Positions 1 through 9,233 of a stretch of 47,070 nucleotides of DNA are shown one piece after another. The DNA comes from Minisyncoccota bacterium (GTDB lineage Bacteria; Patescibacteriota; Minisyncoccia; Phycocordibacterales; SBAW01). How positions within the stretch are numbered: position 1 is the stretch's first letter; every line of letters starts with the position of its first letter. Position numbers and translations under genes: made by a program. A model generated the notes under the pieces. That model saw only the letters and a list, made by a program, of their open reading frames with translations, did no database searches and was not told the DNA's origin. The stretch is taken from the NCBI GenBank assembly GCA_035549255.1, contig DASZRD010000009.1, positions 1-47,070 on the forward strand, in the 5' to 3' direction.

Positions 1-2
1 CC

Positions 3-842
3 ACCGTCCATGTCACGCCCAAGCTCTGGCCTGCGCGCGCGGCGTATCCGGAAGATAGCCGCGCGCTCCTGCCCTTTAACCGCATCGTCGCGTACTACGG
101 CAACTTCTACTCGACCGGCATGGGCGTGCTCGGTCAATATCCGCCGGATGTTATGATCCCCAAGCTCCTTGATGCGGCGCAGGAGTGGCGCGACGCCGAC
201 CCGTCGACACCGGTCATCCCCGCGATCCATTACATCGCAGTCGTGGCGCAGGGGAGCGCCGGCAAAGACGGCAAGTACCGCGCGCGCATGCCCGATGACC
301 AGATCGAGAAGGCGATCGACTTGGCGCACCAGATCAGCGGCATCACCTTCCTTGATATCCAGGCGGGCTTAAGCACGGTCGAGGTCGAGGCGCCGCTCCT
401 TGAGCAGTATCTCAAAGAGCCCGACGTCGAGCTCGCGATCGACCCTGAGTTCGCCATGCACAACGGCACGGCGCCCGGGCGCGTGATCGGCTCCCTTGAC
501 GCGAGCGATATCAACGCGGTCGCGCAGTATCTTGCGACACTCGTTGATGAATATAATCTCCCGCCCAAGATTTTGGTCGTGCACCGCTTCACGGAAGATA
601 TGGTGACCAATGCCGATGAGATCAAGCCTCTGCCCGAGGTGCAGATCGTCATGGATATGGACGGCTGGGGCGGGCAGGCTAAGAAGATTGGCACGTATAC
701 CTACGTCGTTGCCGCGGAGCCCGTACAGTTCACCGGCTTCAAGCTTTTCTACAAGAACGACACGCTCGCCTCAACGACGATGCTAAGCCCCGCGCAGGTT
801 CTCAACCTGACGCCGTCGCCGAGCTATATCCAATACCAGTAG
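3..842 (+). CDS. conserved hypothetical protein, 5' end off-window
   Basis: Frame 3 stays open from the window edge into the listed 120..842 ORF (upstream codons read ...LLPFNRIVAYYGNFYSTG before MGVLGQ). Blocks DPEFAM, LVVHRFTEDM and MDMDGWGG look enzyme-like, but I cannot name a family. Confidence 0.7.
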   Translation, partial: TVHVTPKLWPARAAYPEDSRALLPFNRIVAYYGNFYSTGMGVLGQYPPDVMIPKLLDAAQEWRDADPSTPVIPAIHYIAVVAQGSAGKDGKYRARMPDDQIEKAIDLAHQISGITFLDIQAGLSTVEVEAPLLEQYLKEPDVELAIDPEFAMHNGTAPGRVIGSLDASDINAVAQYLATLVDEYNLPPKILVVHRFTEDMVTNADEIKPLPEVQIVMDMDGWGGQAKKIGTYTYVVAAEPVQFTGFKLFYKNDTLASTTMLSPAQVLNLTPSPSYIQYQ

Positions 843-851
843 AATAGGGGC

Positions 852-1886
852 ATGAGCCTCCGGAGGGAACATATCATCCAAGCGCTCCTGGTCGCTGCTG
901 CCGCGGCGATCCTTATCTTCTGGCCTAATGGTTTGCAAGAGAGCATATACAAAGTAGAGCAGGGGATTGCGCCATGGGGCGACACGACGCTCCATACGCT
1001 CTTCGTTGGCGACGTGATGCTCGACCGCAATGTCGCAGTACACGCGAGGCAAGTGGGGGATGCGGCGCTTTTCGCGGGTGTCGAGCCGCTTTTTAAGAGT
1101 AAAGACATGGTGATCGGCAACCTCGAAGGCACGATCACCGACAATCAGTCGATTGCGCAGCAGGACCATACGATACTGCGCTTTACCTTCGACCCGCACT
1201 TTGCAATGTTCCTCAAATCAGTAGGCTTCACGGCGCTGAGCCAAGCCAATAACCACTCACTTGATTTCGGCAATGAAGGATACCTCCATACCATCGCATA
1301 TTTGCAGGCCGCGGGTATCGGCTACTTCGGCCATGCGCTCAATGAAGAGAACCTCTCGCTACAGCTTCAAGGCAAAGGGCAGATGCTGTGCCTGGTGGGC
1401 TACATGGAGCTCTTCAGGCCCGACCCGACGAGCGTCATAAACGAAATCAAGCGCTTGCGGCCGCTGTGCAGCGAAGTGGTCGTCATGCCGCATTGGGGTG
1501 TCGAGTATATGCATGAGCCAACGGATGCACAAGTGAGCCTCGCGCATGAGTTCATCGACGCTGGAGCGGATGTGATCGTAGGCGGGCACCCGCATGTCGT
1601 GGAACCTTTGGAAATTTATAACAACCATGCGATCTTCTACTCGCTCGGCAACTTCCTCTTCGACCAACCTTTCTCGCCGCAAGTGAGGCGCGGGCTTGCA
1701 GTCGGTATAGACTTCGCGGCCACCTCGACAAACTTTACTCTTATACCAACCAATACCTACCTCGAAGCGTCGCTTGCCGACGCCACAACCTCGCAAGCCG
1801 TCATGAGTGACGTAGTAACCGACGCACTGCCGCCGACAGTAGCGAAATCCATACAAACAACAGGCTCATTCGAGCTTGTAAAGTGA
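852..1886 (+). CDS. CapA family (PGA_cap, metallophosphoesterase-like) membrane-anchored protein
   Basis: Motifs GNLEGTITD, ANNHSLDFG, PHWGVEYMHEPT, GGHPHVVEP and YSLGNFLFDQ. N-terminal TM helix IIQALLVAAAAAILIFW. Confidence 0.85.
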   Translation: MSLRREHIIQALLVAAAAAILIFWPNGLQESIYKVEQGIAPWGDTTLHTLFVGDVMLDRNVAVHARQVGDAALFAGVEPLFKSKDMVIGNLEGTITDNQSIAQQDHTILRFTFDPHFAMFLKSVGFTALSQANNHSLDFGNEGYLHTIAYLQAAGIGYFGHALNEENLSLQLQGKGQMLCLVGYMELFRPDPTSVINEIKRLRPLCSEVVVMPHWGVEYMHEPTDAQVSLAHEFIDAGADVIVGGHPHVVEPLEIYNNHAIFYSLGNFLFDQPFSPQVRRGLAVGIDFAATSTNFTLIPTNTYLEASLADATTSQAVMSDVVTDALPPTVAKSIQTTGSFELVK

Positions 1887-1899
1887 TATACTAGGGTCA

Positions 1900-3621
1900 A
1901 TGCAGGAAGATCCTAACAAGATTACCTACTTCGCTCAGACCAACTCCCGCGGGAAGGAGGTGCCCTTCGGCATCAAGCGCAAGGACCGCGCACGCCACAT
2001 GTATGTGATCGGCAAAACCGGCATGGGGAAGTCGACTCTGCTTGAGAACATGGCTATACAAGACATCCGCAACGGCGAGGGCATGGCCTTCATCGACCCG
2101 CACGGCTCGACCGCTGACCGCATCATGGAGTACGTGCCCGAACATCGCATCAAGGACGTCGTGTACTTTGCGCCCTTCGACATGGACTACCCGGTGGCCT
2201 TCAACGTCATGGAGGACGTCGGCTACGACAAGCGCCACCTCGTGGTCTCGGGGCTCCTTGCTGCCTTCCGCAAGATCTGGGTCGACGCATGGTCGGCGCG
2301 CATGGAATATATTCTCTCCAATACCTTGCTCGCGCTCCTCGAGTACGAAGGCTCGACCCTGCTTGACGTCAACCGCATGCTCATCAACAAGGCTTTCCGC
2401 AAGAAGGTGGTCGAGAATGTCACCGACCCTATCGTGAAATCGTTCTGGGTCGACGAATTTGCCAACTATACCGACCGCTATACGCAGGACGCGACACCGG
2501 CGATCCAGAACAAGGTCGGACAATTCACGAGTAATCCTTTGATTCGCAACATTGTGGGGCAGGCGAAGTCCTCTTTCGACATCCGCAAATTGATGGACGA
2601 GAAGAAGATCCTCATCATGAACCTCTCCAAGGGCCGCGTCGGCGAGGTCAACGCGACGCTCTTGGGCTCGATGCTCGTTACCAAAATTTATCTCGCGGCG
2701 ATGTCGCGCGCCGACGTGCCGGCCAACGTGCTCAATGCCTTGCCTAACTTCTACTTCTACGTCGACGAGTTCCAAAACTTCGCCAACGAGAGCTTCTCGG
2801 ACATTCTCTCGGAGGCGCGCAAATACAAGCTCAATCTCCTGATCGCGCACCAGTATGTGGAGCAGATGGAGGAAGAAGTGCGCGACGCGGTCTTCGGCAA
2901 CGTGGGCACGACGGTGGCATTCCGCGTTGGGCCGTTCGACGCAGAGACCTTGGAGACCATCTTCAGCCCGCAGTTCACGCAGACCGACCTTGTGAACCTC
3001 GGCTTCGCGCAGATTTACCTCACCCTTATGATCGACGGCGTTGGCAGCCCGCCCTTTAGCGCCACGACGCTGCCACCCTTCGACCCGCCGCCCTCAAAGT
3101 ATGTCGATCAAGTGATCGAGAATTCGCGCCGCGAGTTCGGCAAGCCGCGCGCAGAGGTAGAGGATACGATCAAGAAGTGGCAGGAGAGCGACCCGGTCGT
3201 ACAAGAGCCCCCGAAGCCTAAAAAGTCGTACGGCGCTGCGAGCAAGCCTACACCAACGACTTCTCCATCGAGGCCAGTAGTGCAGCAGCCGCGAGAAAAT
3301 CGACCTGCACCAGTAGCACATCATCAGCAGGAAGAGCACAAGCCTCCGCAGCACGAGGCCCCGCCGCTTGAAGGCTCGCTGAGCTTGCGCGATGCTCTTG
3401 CGCGCGTGACGAGGACCAAGGAGGCGAGCGAGCCGCCTGCGCCGAAACCCGCGTCTAAGCCGGCGCCTAGGCCGATTACTCCAGACCCCTCGATCGATCT
3501 ACGGGCAGCGCTTCAGAATGTTGCTCCGCAAACGGCAAAGAAAGACGAGCCTGCGGGCTTGCCGGAAGACGTGCTTCGGTCTATGCTCGCCGTTGATGAA
3601 GGCGAAAATACTGCTGCTTAG
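1900..3621 (+). CDS. soluble P-loop NTPase of the VirD4/TraD/TraG (T4SS coupling-protein-like) family with a Pro-rich disordered tail
   Basis: Walker A GKTGMGKST and Walker B-like FYFYVDEFQNF, followed by LLIAHQYVEQM and GNVGTTVAFRVG as in TraG-D_C type ATPases. No N-terminal TM segments. The last ~170 aa are P/K/A/E-rich low complexity. Confidence 0.8.
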   Translation: MQEDPNKITYFAQTNSRGKEVPFGIKRKDRARHMYVIGKTGMGKSTLLENMAIQDIRNGEGMAFIDPHGSTADRIMEYVPEHRIKDVVYFAPFDMDYPVAFNVMEDVGYDKRHLVVSGLLAAFRKIWVDAWSARMEYILSNTLLALLEYEGSTLLDVNRMLINKAFRKKVVENVTDPIVKSFWVDEFANYTDRYTQDATPAIQNKVGQFTSNPLIRNIVGQAKSSFDIRKLMDEKKILIMNLSKGRVGEVNATLLGSMLVTKIYLAAMSRADVPANVLNALPNFYFYVDEFQNFANESFSDILSEARKYKLNLLIAHQYVEQMEEEVRDAVFGNVGTTVAFRVGPFDAETLETIFSPQFTQTDLVNLGFAQIYLTLMIDGVGSPPFSATTLPPFDPPPSKYVDQVIENSRREFGKPRAEVEDTIKKWQESDPVVQEPPKPKKSYGAASKPTPTTSPSRPVVQQPRENRPAPVAHHQQEEHKPPQHEAPPLEGSLSLRDALARVTRTKEASEPPAPKPASKPAPRPITPDPSIDLRAALQNVAPQTAKKDEPAGLPEDVLRSMLAVDEGENTAA

Positions 3622-4294
3622 CGCACTTATATTTCTTCCCGCTCTTGCGAGCGCGTCGGTCGATATTACGTATGTCGAATACGACCTTCCGGGCAGCGAC
3701 GCCGGCCGCGAGTGGATTGAGATAACGAATAATGGCAGTGAATCGGTTGATATTTCCAAGTACAGATTCCGCGAGGGCGGCGTTAACCACAAGCTGACGC
3801 TGGTAAGCGGCACGTCAACGCTTGTTGCGGGCGCTTCGGCGTACATCGCCGAAGACCCGGCGACATTTGCGAGCGAACACCCGGGTACGACCGAAGCAAT
3901 TTTCAAAAGTTCCTTCTCGCTCTCTAACTCCGGCGAGACGCTCGCGCTCGTCGACGCGAGCAGCAGCGTTGTCGCGACCTATACCTATACCGCTGCGCCA
4001 AAGCCGGCGCCTGTACCGAAAGCCCCGACAGCAAAATCCTCGTCGTCAAAAACTTCTTCCAAATCTTCGAGCGTAGCCACGAGCCCCGCGAATGCTTCGT
4101 ATACGTACAGCGACCCGTCGAGCGTTGCGGCTGCCACGGCGATGGTAATCCCAGCGACATGGCTCTGGCTCGCGGGGCTCGGCGGCATTATCGTCCTGGG
4201 CGTTGCCGGGGTGGTCTACGCGCGCATGCAGAATCGCTCAAATGGAGTTGAAACTCGTGAGCCAGGCGCGGAGTTTCAGATAATTGAAAGTTAG
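3596..4294 (+). CDS. secreted, C-terminally membrane-anchored lamin-tail-domain (LTD) protein
   Basis: The ATG at 3596 overlaps the upstream gene by 26 nt and gives signal peptide MKAKILLLSALIFLPALASA. EYDLPGSDAGREWIEITNNGSESVDIS ... FSLSNSGETLALVD fits the LTD pattern. A Ser/Pro/Lys linker leads to TM helix WLWLAGLGGIIVLGVAGVVYA. The 3518 start in the ORF track is probably an upstream extension. Confidence 0.8.
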   Translation: MKAKILLLSALIFLPALASASVDITYVEYDLPGSDAGREWIEITNNGSESVDISKYRFREGGVNHKLTLVSGTSTLVAGASAYIAEDPATFASEHPGTTEAIFKSSFSLSNSGETLALVDASSSVVATYTYTAAPKPAPVPKAPTAKSSSSKTSSKSSSVATSPANASYTYSDPSSVAAATAMVIPATWLWLAGLGGIIVLGVAGVVYARMQNRSNGVETREPGAEFQIIES

Positions 4295-4323
4295 TAAAAA
4301 GTATTGTAGAATATAGGCATTCT

Positions 4324-5196
4324 ATGGCTGTAGGTACAGGAGAAAAGGTTATCGTCGTAACCGGCGGGGCGGGCTTCGTCGGCTCGCATCTTGTCGAGCG
4401 CCTGGTTAAATTGGGGTATCGCGTCATTAGCCTCGACAATTATTTCACCGGCTCAACAGAGAATCATATCCCCGGCGCGGATTATCGCATTGGGCATACC
4501 AAGGATATCGAAGCGCTCGTGCCCGAGACCCCCGATCTTGTCTATCATCTCGGCGAGTATTCGCGCGTCGATCAGAGCTTCAACGACCCGCACCTGGTGT
4601 GGGATTTCAACAAAGTCGGCACTGCGGCGGTGCTCGAGTTCTGCCGCAAGCGCGGCTGCAAGATCGTCTATGCCGGCTCGTCGACCAAGTTTGCCGATGG
4701 CGGGCTGGGCCGCACGCAGAGCCCGTATGCCTGGAGCAAGGCCAGCAATACCGAGCTCGTGAAGAACTATGGCATCTGGTATGGCGTACCATACGCGATC
4801 ACGTACTTCTATAATGTCTACGGCCCGCGCGAGCGCGCAGGGAAGTACGGCACGGTGGTCGAGATATTCCGGCAGAAGCGCCTGCGCGGCGAGCCGCTCA
4901 TGATAACCTCGCCTGGGACCCAGAAGCGCAACTTCACGCATGTGCATGACATCGTGCGCGCGCTCGTGCTCATCGGCGAGCAGGGTGAGGGCGACAACTT
5001 CGGCATCGGGCATGAGCGAGCGTATACCATACTTGAGGTAGCCGAGCTCTTCGGTGGCGAGATCGTCATGGCGCCGGCGCTGCCCGGCACGCGCATGGAC
5101 TCGATACTCGAGACCGAGAAGACTCGCGCGCTCGGCTGGGAGCCGAAGCACGAGTTGGAGCAGTATATCGAAAGCCTCCTTACATCGGTACATTGA
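4324..5196 (+). CDS. NAD-dependent epimerase/dehydratase (extended SDR, sugar-nucleotide modifying)
   Basis: Rossmann motif VTGGAGFVGSHLVERL, DNYFTG and catalytic YAWSK (YxxxK). Confidence 0.85.
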   Translation: MAVGTGEKVIVVTGGAGFVGSHLVERLVKLGYRVISLDNYFTGSTENHIPGADYRIGHTKDIEALVPETPDLVYHLGEYSRVDQSFNDPHLVWDFNKVGTAAVLEFCRKRGCKIVYAGSSTKFADGGLGRTQSPYAWSKASNTELVKNYGIWYGVPYAITYFYNVYGPRERAGKYGTVVEIFRQKRLRGEPLMITSPGTQKRNFTHVHDIVRALVLIGEQGEGDNFGIGHERAYTILEVAELFGGEIVMAPALPGTRMDSILETEKTRALGWEPKHELEQYIESLLTSVH

Positions 5197-5234
5197 TCGT
5201 TTTCTTTTCTCATATAAAGTCGTAGGCTAAAGAC

Positions 5235-6425
5235 GTGAAGAAAAAGATTCTCATATTTACGCTCGCGTATTACCCCAAGTTTATCGGCGGGGACGCGGTC
5301 GCAATCAAGGAGAAGACTGACCGCATCGACGACATTGAGTTCCACATGGTGACGCTGCGCTTCGATCGCTCGCTTCCCAGGGTCGAGAAGGTCGGCAACG
5401 TGCTCGTGCATCGCATCGGCTGGAGCAAGCGCGGCATCGCGATCGGGGACCTCAAAAAGTTCCCCTGGAAGTACGTCAAATATATCTTTCAGATCGCTGC
5501 TGGCTTCAAGGCGTTGTCGCTCCATCGAAGGTATCGCTACGATGCGACGTGGGCGATGATGGCCCATTCGGCCGGCATACCTGCGGGGCTATTTAACTTG
5601 TTTGCGCCGCGCGTGCCGCTGGTGCTCGAACTCCAGGAAGGCGACCCGCTTGAATATATCGAGCGCACGGTGCGCCCGTTGTGGCCACTTTTCTCGCGGG
5701 CGTTCACGCATGCGCGCATCGTATCGGCGATCTCGACCTTCTTGGGCGCGTGGGCGCGCCGTCGCGGGTTCCAGGGCGACCTTGAGATCGTGCCCAACGG
5801 CGTCGATTGTGCAAAGTTCGCGAGCCCGCACGACCGCTTCGCCGTGCGCAAAGCGCTCGACATCCGTGAGGACGAGACAGTGCTCATTACGTCGTCTCGA
5901 TTGGTGCACAAGAACGCCATCGACGACGTGATCCGCGCGCTGCCGCATCTGCCCGGCGTGCAATTTCTCATCCTTGGCATCGGGCCGGACGAAGCGATGC
6001 TCAAGTCGCTCGCTCGCGAGCTTGGTGTCGAATCGCGCGCACATTTCCTCGGCCAGATAAGCCACCAGGAGCTCCCGGCGTACCTCCAGGCCTCGACGAT
6101 ATTTATCCGCCCTTCCCGGTCGGAGGGCTTTGGCAACTCCTTTGTCGAGGCAATGGCTGCCGGCGTCCCCGTGATCGCTACCCAGGAGGGCGGCATCGCG
6201 GACTTCCTCTTCGACGCCAAGCGCAATCCGGAGAAGCCGACAACCGGCTGGGCGGTCGATAAAGACTCGCCTGGGCAAATAGTCTTTGCAGTTAAGGATA
6301 TTTTGAGCAACCCCGGGCAGGCAAGAAAGGTTATAGAAGTTGCGAAGAAGCTTGCATTTGAGAAGTACGATTGGGATATGATTGCGCAGGATATGCGCGA
6401 GAAAGTCTTTGCCCGGGTGCTCTAA
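5235..6425 (+). CDS. glycosyltransferase family 4 (GT-B)
   Basis: GTG start. C-terminal EX7E region PSRSEGFGNSFVEAMAAGVPVIAT. Confidence 0.85.
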   Translation: MKKKILIFTLAYYPKFIGGDAVAIKEKTDRIDDIEFHMVTLRFDRSLPRVEKVGNVLVHRIGWSKRGIAIGDLKKFPWKYVKYIFQIAAGFKALSLHRRYRYDATWAMMAHSAGIPAGLFNLFAPRVPLVLELQEGDPLEYIERTVRPLWPLFSRAFTHARIVSAISTFLGAWARRRGFQGDLEIVPNGVDCAKFASPHDRFAVRKALDIREDETVLITSSRLVHKNAIDDVIRALPHLPGVQFLILGIGPDEAMLKSLARELGVESRAHFLGQISHQELPAYLQASTIFIRPSRSEGFGNSFVEAMAAGVPVIATQEGGIADFLFDAKRNPEKPTTGWAVDKDSPGQIVFAVKDILSNPGQARKVIEVAKKLAFEKYDWDMIAQDMREKVFARVL

Positions 6426-6443
6426 AGAAGATACGATTTAGTC

Positions 6444-7436
6444 ATGCGCATAGTCATCGCTACCGGGATCTACCCGCCGCAGGTGGGCGGGCCCGCCTAT
6501 TACGCCAAGGGCCTCGCTGAGGCTTATACAGAGCTCGGCCATGTCGCTGTGCCGGTGACCTACGGTGCGCTCTTGCGGCTGCCGATAGGCGTGCGGCATT
6601 TGGCTTACCTCGCGCGCCTTATCCCCAAGATGCGCAGTGCTAGCGCTGTCATTGCACTCGATACTTTTAGCGTTGCGATGCCAGCCGCTGTCGCGTGCAA
6701 GATCATGCGCATCCCACTTATCATCCGCACCGGCGGAGACTTCCTGTGGGAAGAGTACCTTGAGCGAACCGGAGAGATTATTTTGCTTAAAGATTTCTAC
6801 AACGCGCCGCGCGCACTTAACGTTAAAGAGAAGCTTATTGTCCGCATGACGCGCTTCGCTCTCGATCGTGCAAAATATATTGTCTTCAGCACCCGGCTTC
6901 AGCGCGATATCTGGACGAAGGCGTATGAGATCGACAGTAGCAAGACAAAGATTATAGAGAACGCCATCGAGCCGATGCTCGAGCCGGCTCCCGCAGCAGA
7001 AAAGAACTTTCTTTGGTATGTCCGGCCGACGGCGTTTAAGAATGCTGCACGCGTGCGCGAGGCGTTTTCCCTCGCGAAGAAAAAGTTTCCCGACATCACC
7101 CTCGAAGAAGGGCAGATCCCCAAAGCTCAACTTCTCGAGCGCATGAAAGGCTGCTACGCGGTCATATTGCCGTCGCTCACGGAGATCAGCCCCAATTACG
7201 TCATCGATGCGCTGCGCTTCCATAAGCCGTTTATCATGGACAAGTACTCGGGCTTGGCCGACGAGCTTGCACCCTATGGATTGCTTGTCGACCCGTTGAA
7301 GGTCGAGGATATCGCACGCGGCATCGAAGAGCTCGCGAGCGATGATGGCTACCAGCGCGCATTGGGGAAGGCAAAACAATTTAATCGCGCGCGTACGTAC
7401 CGCGAGATCGCTCAAGATTTTCTTGCACTTATATGA
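6444..7436 (+). CDS. GT-B fold glycosyltransferase (GT4/GT1-like)
   Basis: N-terminus MRIVIATGIYPPQVGGPAYYAKGLAEA. C-terminal PSLTEISPNYVIDALRFHKP block. Confidence 0.75.
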   Translation: MRIVIATGIYPPQVGGPAYYAKGLAEAYTELGHVAVPVTYGALLRLPIGVRHLAYLARLIPKMRSASAVIALDTFSVAMPAAVACKIMRIPLIIRTGGDFLWEEYLERTGEIILLKDFYNAPRALNVKEKLIVRMTRFALDRAKYIVFSTRLQRDIWTKAYEIDSSKTKIIENAIEPMLEPAPAAEKNFLWYVRPTAFKNAARVREAFSLAKKKFPDITLEEGQIPKAQLLERMKGCYAVILPSLTEISPNYVIDALRFHKPFIMDKYSGLADELAPYGLLVDPLKVEDIARGIEELASDDGYQRALGKAKQFNRARTYREIAQDFLALI

Positions 7437-8323
7437 GGGTTCTCATGATTACCGGCGACAAGAGCTTCGGCCCGGGTAATGCACGGTACGAGCTCCAACG
7501 CGCGCACGTTGAGGAATTGAAAGCCGTATATTGGGGCCGCGGCAGCGCCGGCGTGCCCGACGCATCCGGCTTTGACATCGTTACGTCGCAAGATCCTTTC
7601 TTGCGCGGGCTCGCGGCATTACGAGCAGCTCGCCGCGCCAAAGCAAAGCTCAACATTCAAGTGCACGCCGATCTCAAGGGGCAATCGTGGTGGAAGCGGC
7701 TCATCGCTCGCTATGTTTTGCGCCGGGCAGACTCGATCCGCGTCGTATCGCAACGCGCCGCAAACTCTCTGGAATCGATGCGATTGCGCGCCACGATTAC
7801 CGTCTTGTCGGTGTTCGTCGATAGTGAGGCATTCCGTAAGATTGTGCCGGTGCCGCATGAAGGAAAAATCATCCTCTGGATCGGGCGCTTCGAGCGCGAA
7901 AAAGATCCGCTCGGAGCGATTGAAATATATAAAGGAGTCCGCGCCGCGGGTATCGATGCCAAGCTCGTGATGCTTGGGAAGGGAAGCCTGGAGAAAAGTT
8001 TGCGTGCGGAAGCAGAGGGGTTGCCAGTAGACTTTCCCGGATGGGTCGACCCTAAGCCATACCTCGCGCAAGCGGATGTGGTGCTCTGTACCTCGCGGCA
8101 CGAGAGCTGGGGCGCAAGCATCGTCGAGGCGCTCGCGGCCGGCGTACCCGTTGTGGCGCCCGATGTTGGCATTGCGCGCGAGGCGGGCGCTACTGTCGTG
8201 CCGCGCTCGGACTTGGCCAAGGCAGTCGCAGAAGTGGTGCGTTCGGGCACCCGAGGGGCACTAGCGTTCCCGCTCCTCTCGCCGCAGGAATACGCGGCCG
8301 CCTTTGCCGCTTCGCTGTCATAG
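7433..8323 (+). CDS. glycosyltransferase family 4 (short form)
   Basis: ATGA start/stop overlap with the upstream gene. Motifs GRFEREKDP and SRHESWGASIVEALAAGVPVVAPDVG. Confidence 0.8.
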   Translation: MRVLMITGDKSFGPGNARYELQRAHVEELKAVYWGRGSAGVPDASGFDIVTSQDPFLRGLAALRAARRAKAKLNIQVHADLKGQSWWKRLIARYVLRRADSIRVVSQRAANSLESMRLRATITVLSVFVDSEAFRKIVPVPHEGKIILWIGRFEREKDPLGAIEIYKGVRAAGIDAKLVMLGKGSLEKSLRAEAEGLPVDFPGWVDPKPYLAQADVVLCTSRHESWGASIVEALAAGVPVVAPDVGIAREAGATVVPRSDLAKAVAEVVRSGTRGALAFPLLSPQEYAAAFAASLS

Positions 8324-8393
8324 GAGCCTGCGCAGGTTGCGTGGAAAAGCTTTTTTTAGTAACTTGCCTAGGCTTAGGAAGGTTGTAAAGGCC

Positions 8394-9212
8394 ATGAAAA
8401 AACGCGTCGGAATCGTAGGATACGGGTACGTAGGCAAGGCCATCGCGGCCTTTTTTGGCGACAAATTCGACGTAGCCGTATACGACCCCGCGCTGGGATA
8501 TGCCGATCGCGAGGCAGTCGCCGGCGCCGACCTTGCGGTCATTTGCGTGCCGACGCCGATGAAAGAGGACGGGAGCGTCGACGCGTCGGCGGTCGAGGAG
8601 ACGCTCATGTGGCTGCGCACGCCTTCGATCGTCATCAAGAGCACCGTGCCGCCCGGCACCACCGCGCGGCTTGCTGAGCGTTTCATGCTCCATGATCGTC
8701 TCGCCTTTTCTCCTGAATACATCGGCGAGGGCGGCTACCCGGTGCCGCACTGGGAAGGGATCCCGCACCCTACCGACATGAAGCTGCATACCTTTCATAT
8801 CTTCGGCGGCGCGCCGGAAGCGACATCTAAGGCGATACCATACTTCCAGCGCGTTGCGGGCCCCTTCGCTACGTACCACGCAACCGATAGCACGACCGCC
8901 GAGCTTACCAAATACGTGGAGAATACCTGGATCGCCACAAAGGTCGCGTACTGCAATGACATATACGATGTCGCCAAGACGTTCGGCGTCGATTACAACG
9001 CCCTGCGCGAATTGTGGCTGCTCGACGGCCGCGTCGGGCCATCGCATACGCTTGTCTATCCGAACAAGCGCGGGTTCGATGGCAAATGCATCCCTAAAGA
9101 CACGTTCGGCCTCTATCGTGCGGCGCAGACTGCCGGCTACGAGTCCAACCTCCTGCGCGGCGTGCTGGAGCAGAATCAGGCTTGGCAGCAGCAGAACCAG
9201 AAGAACGAATAG
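8394..9212 (+). CDS. UDP-glucose/GDP-mannose dehydrogenase family protein lacking the C-terminal nucleotide-sugar-binding domain
   Basis: RBS AGGAAGG lies upstream of the ATG at 8394. NAD motif VGIVGYGYVGKA. Catalytic-Cys motif GFDGKCIPKD (canonical GFGGSCFPKD). The protein is only 272 aa and ends soon after the central domain. Confidence 0.75.
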   Translation: MKKRVGIVGYGYVGKAIAAFFGDKFDVAVYDPALGYADREAVAGADLAVICVPTPMKEDGSVDASAVEETLMWLRTPSIVIKSTVPPGTTARLAERFMLHDRLAFSPEYIGEGGYPVPHWEGIPHPTDMKLHTFHIFGGAPEATSKAIPYFQRVAGPFATYHATDSTTAELTKYVENTWIATKVAYCNDIYDVAKTFGVDYNALRELWLLDGRVGPSHTLVYPNKRGFDGKCIPKDTFGLYRAAQTAGYESNLLRGVLEQNQAWQQQNQKNE

Positions 9213-9233
9213 GCTACAATAAAGGCATCTTTC

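Noticed and set aside
1897-2850. 317-aa minus-strand ORF opposite the TraD-like ATPase. Similar cases are 6438..7415, 8190..9047, 4453..5193, 5537..6310, 10936..11595 and 43954..44880.
   Set aside because: All lie antisense to + strand genes with Walker, GT or SDR motifs. None has an RBS or a motif of its own. This is the shadow-ORF pattern expected at this G+C content.
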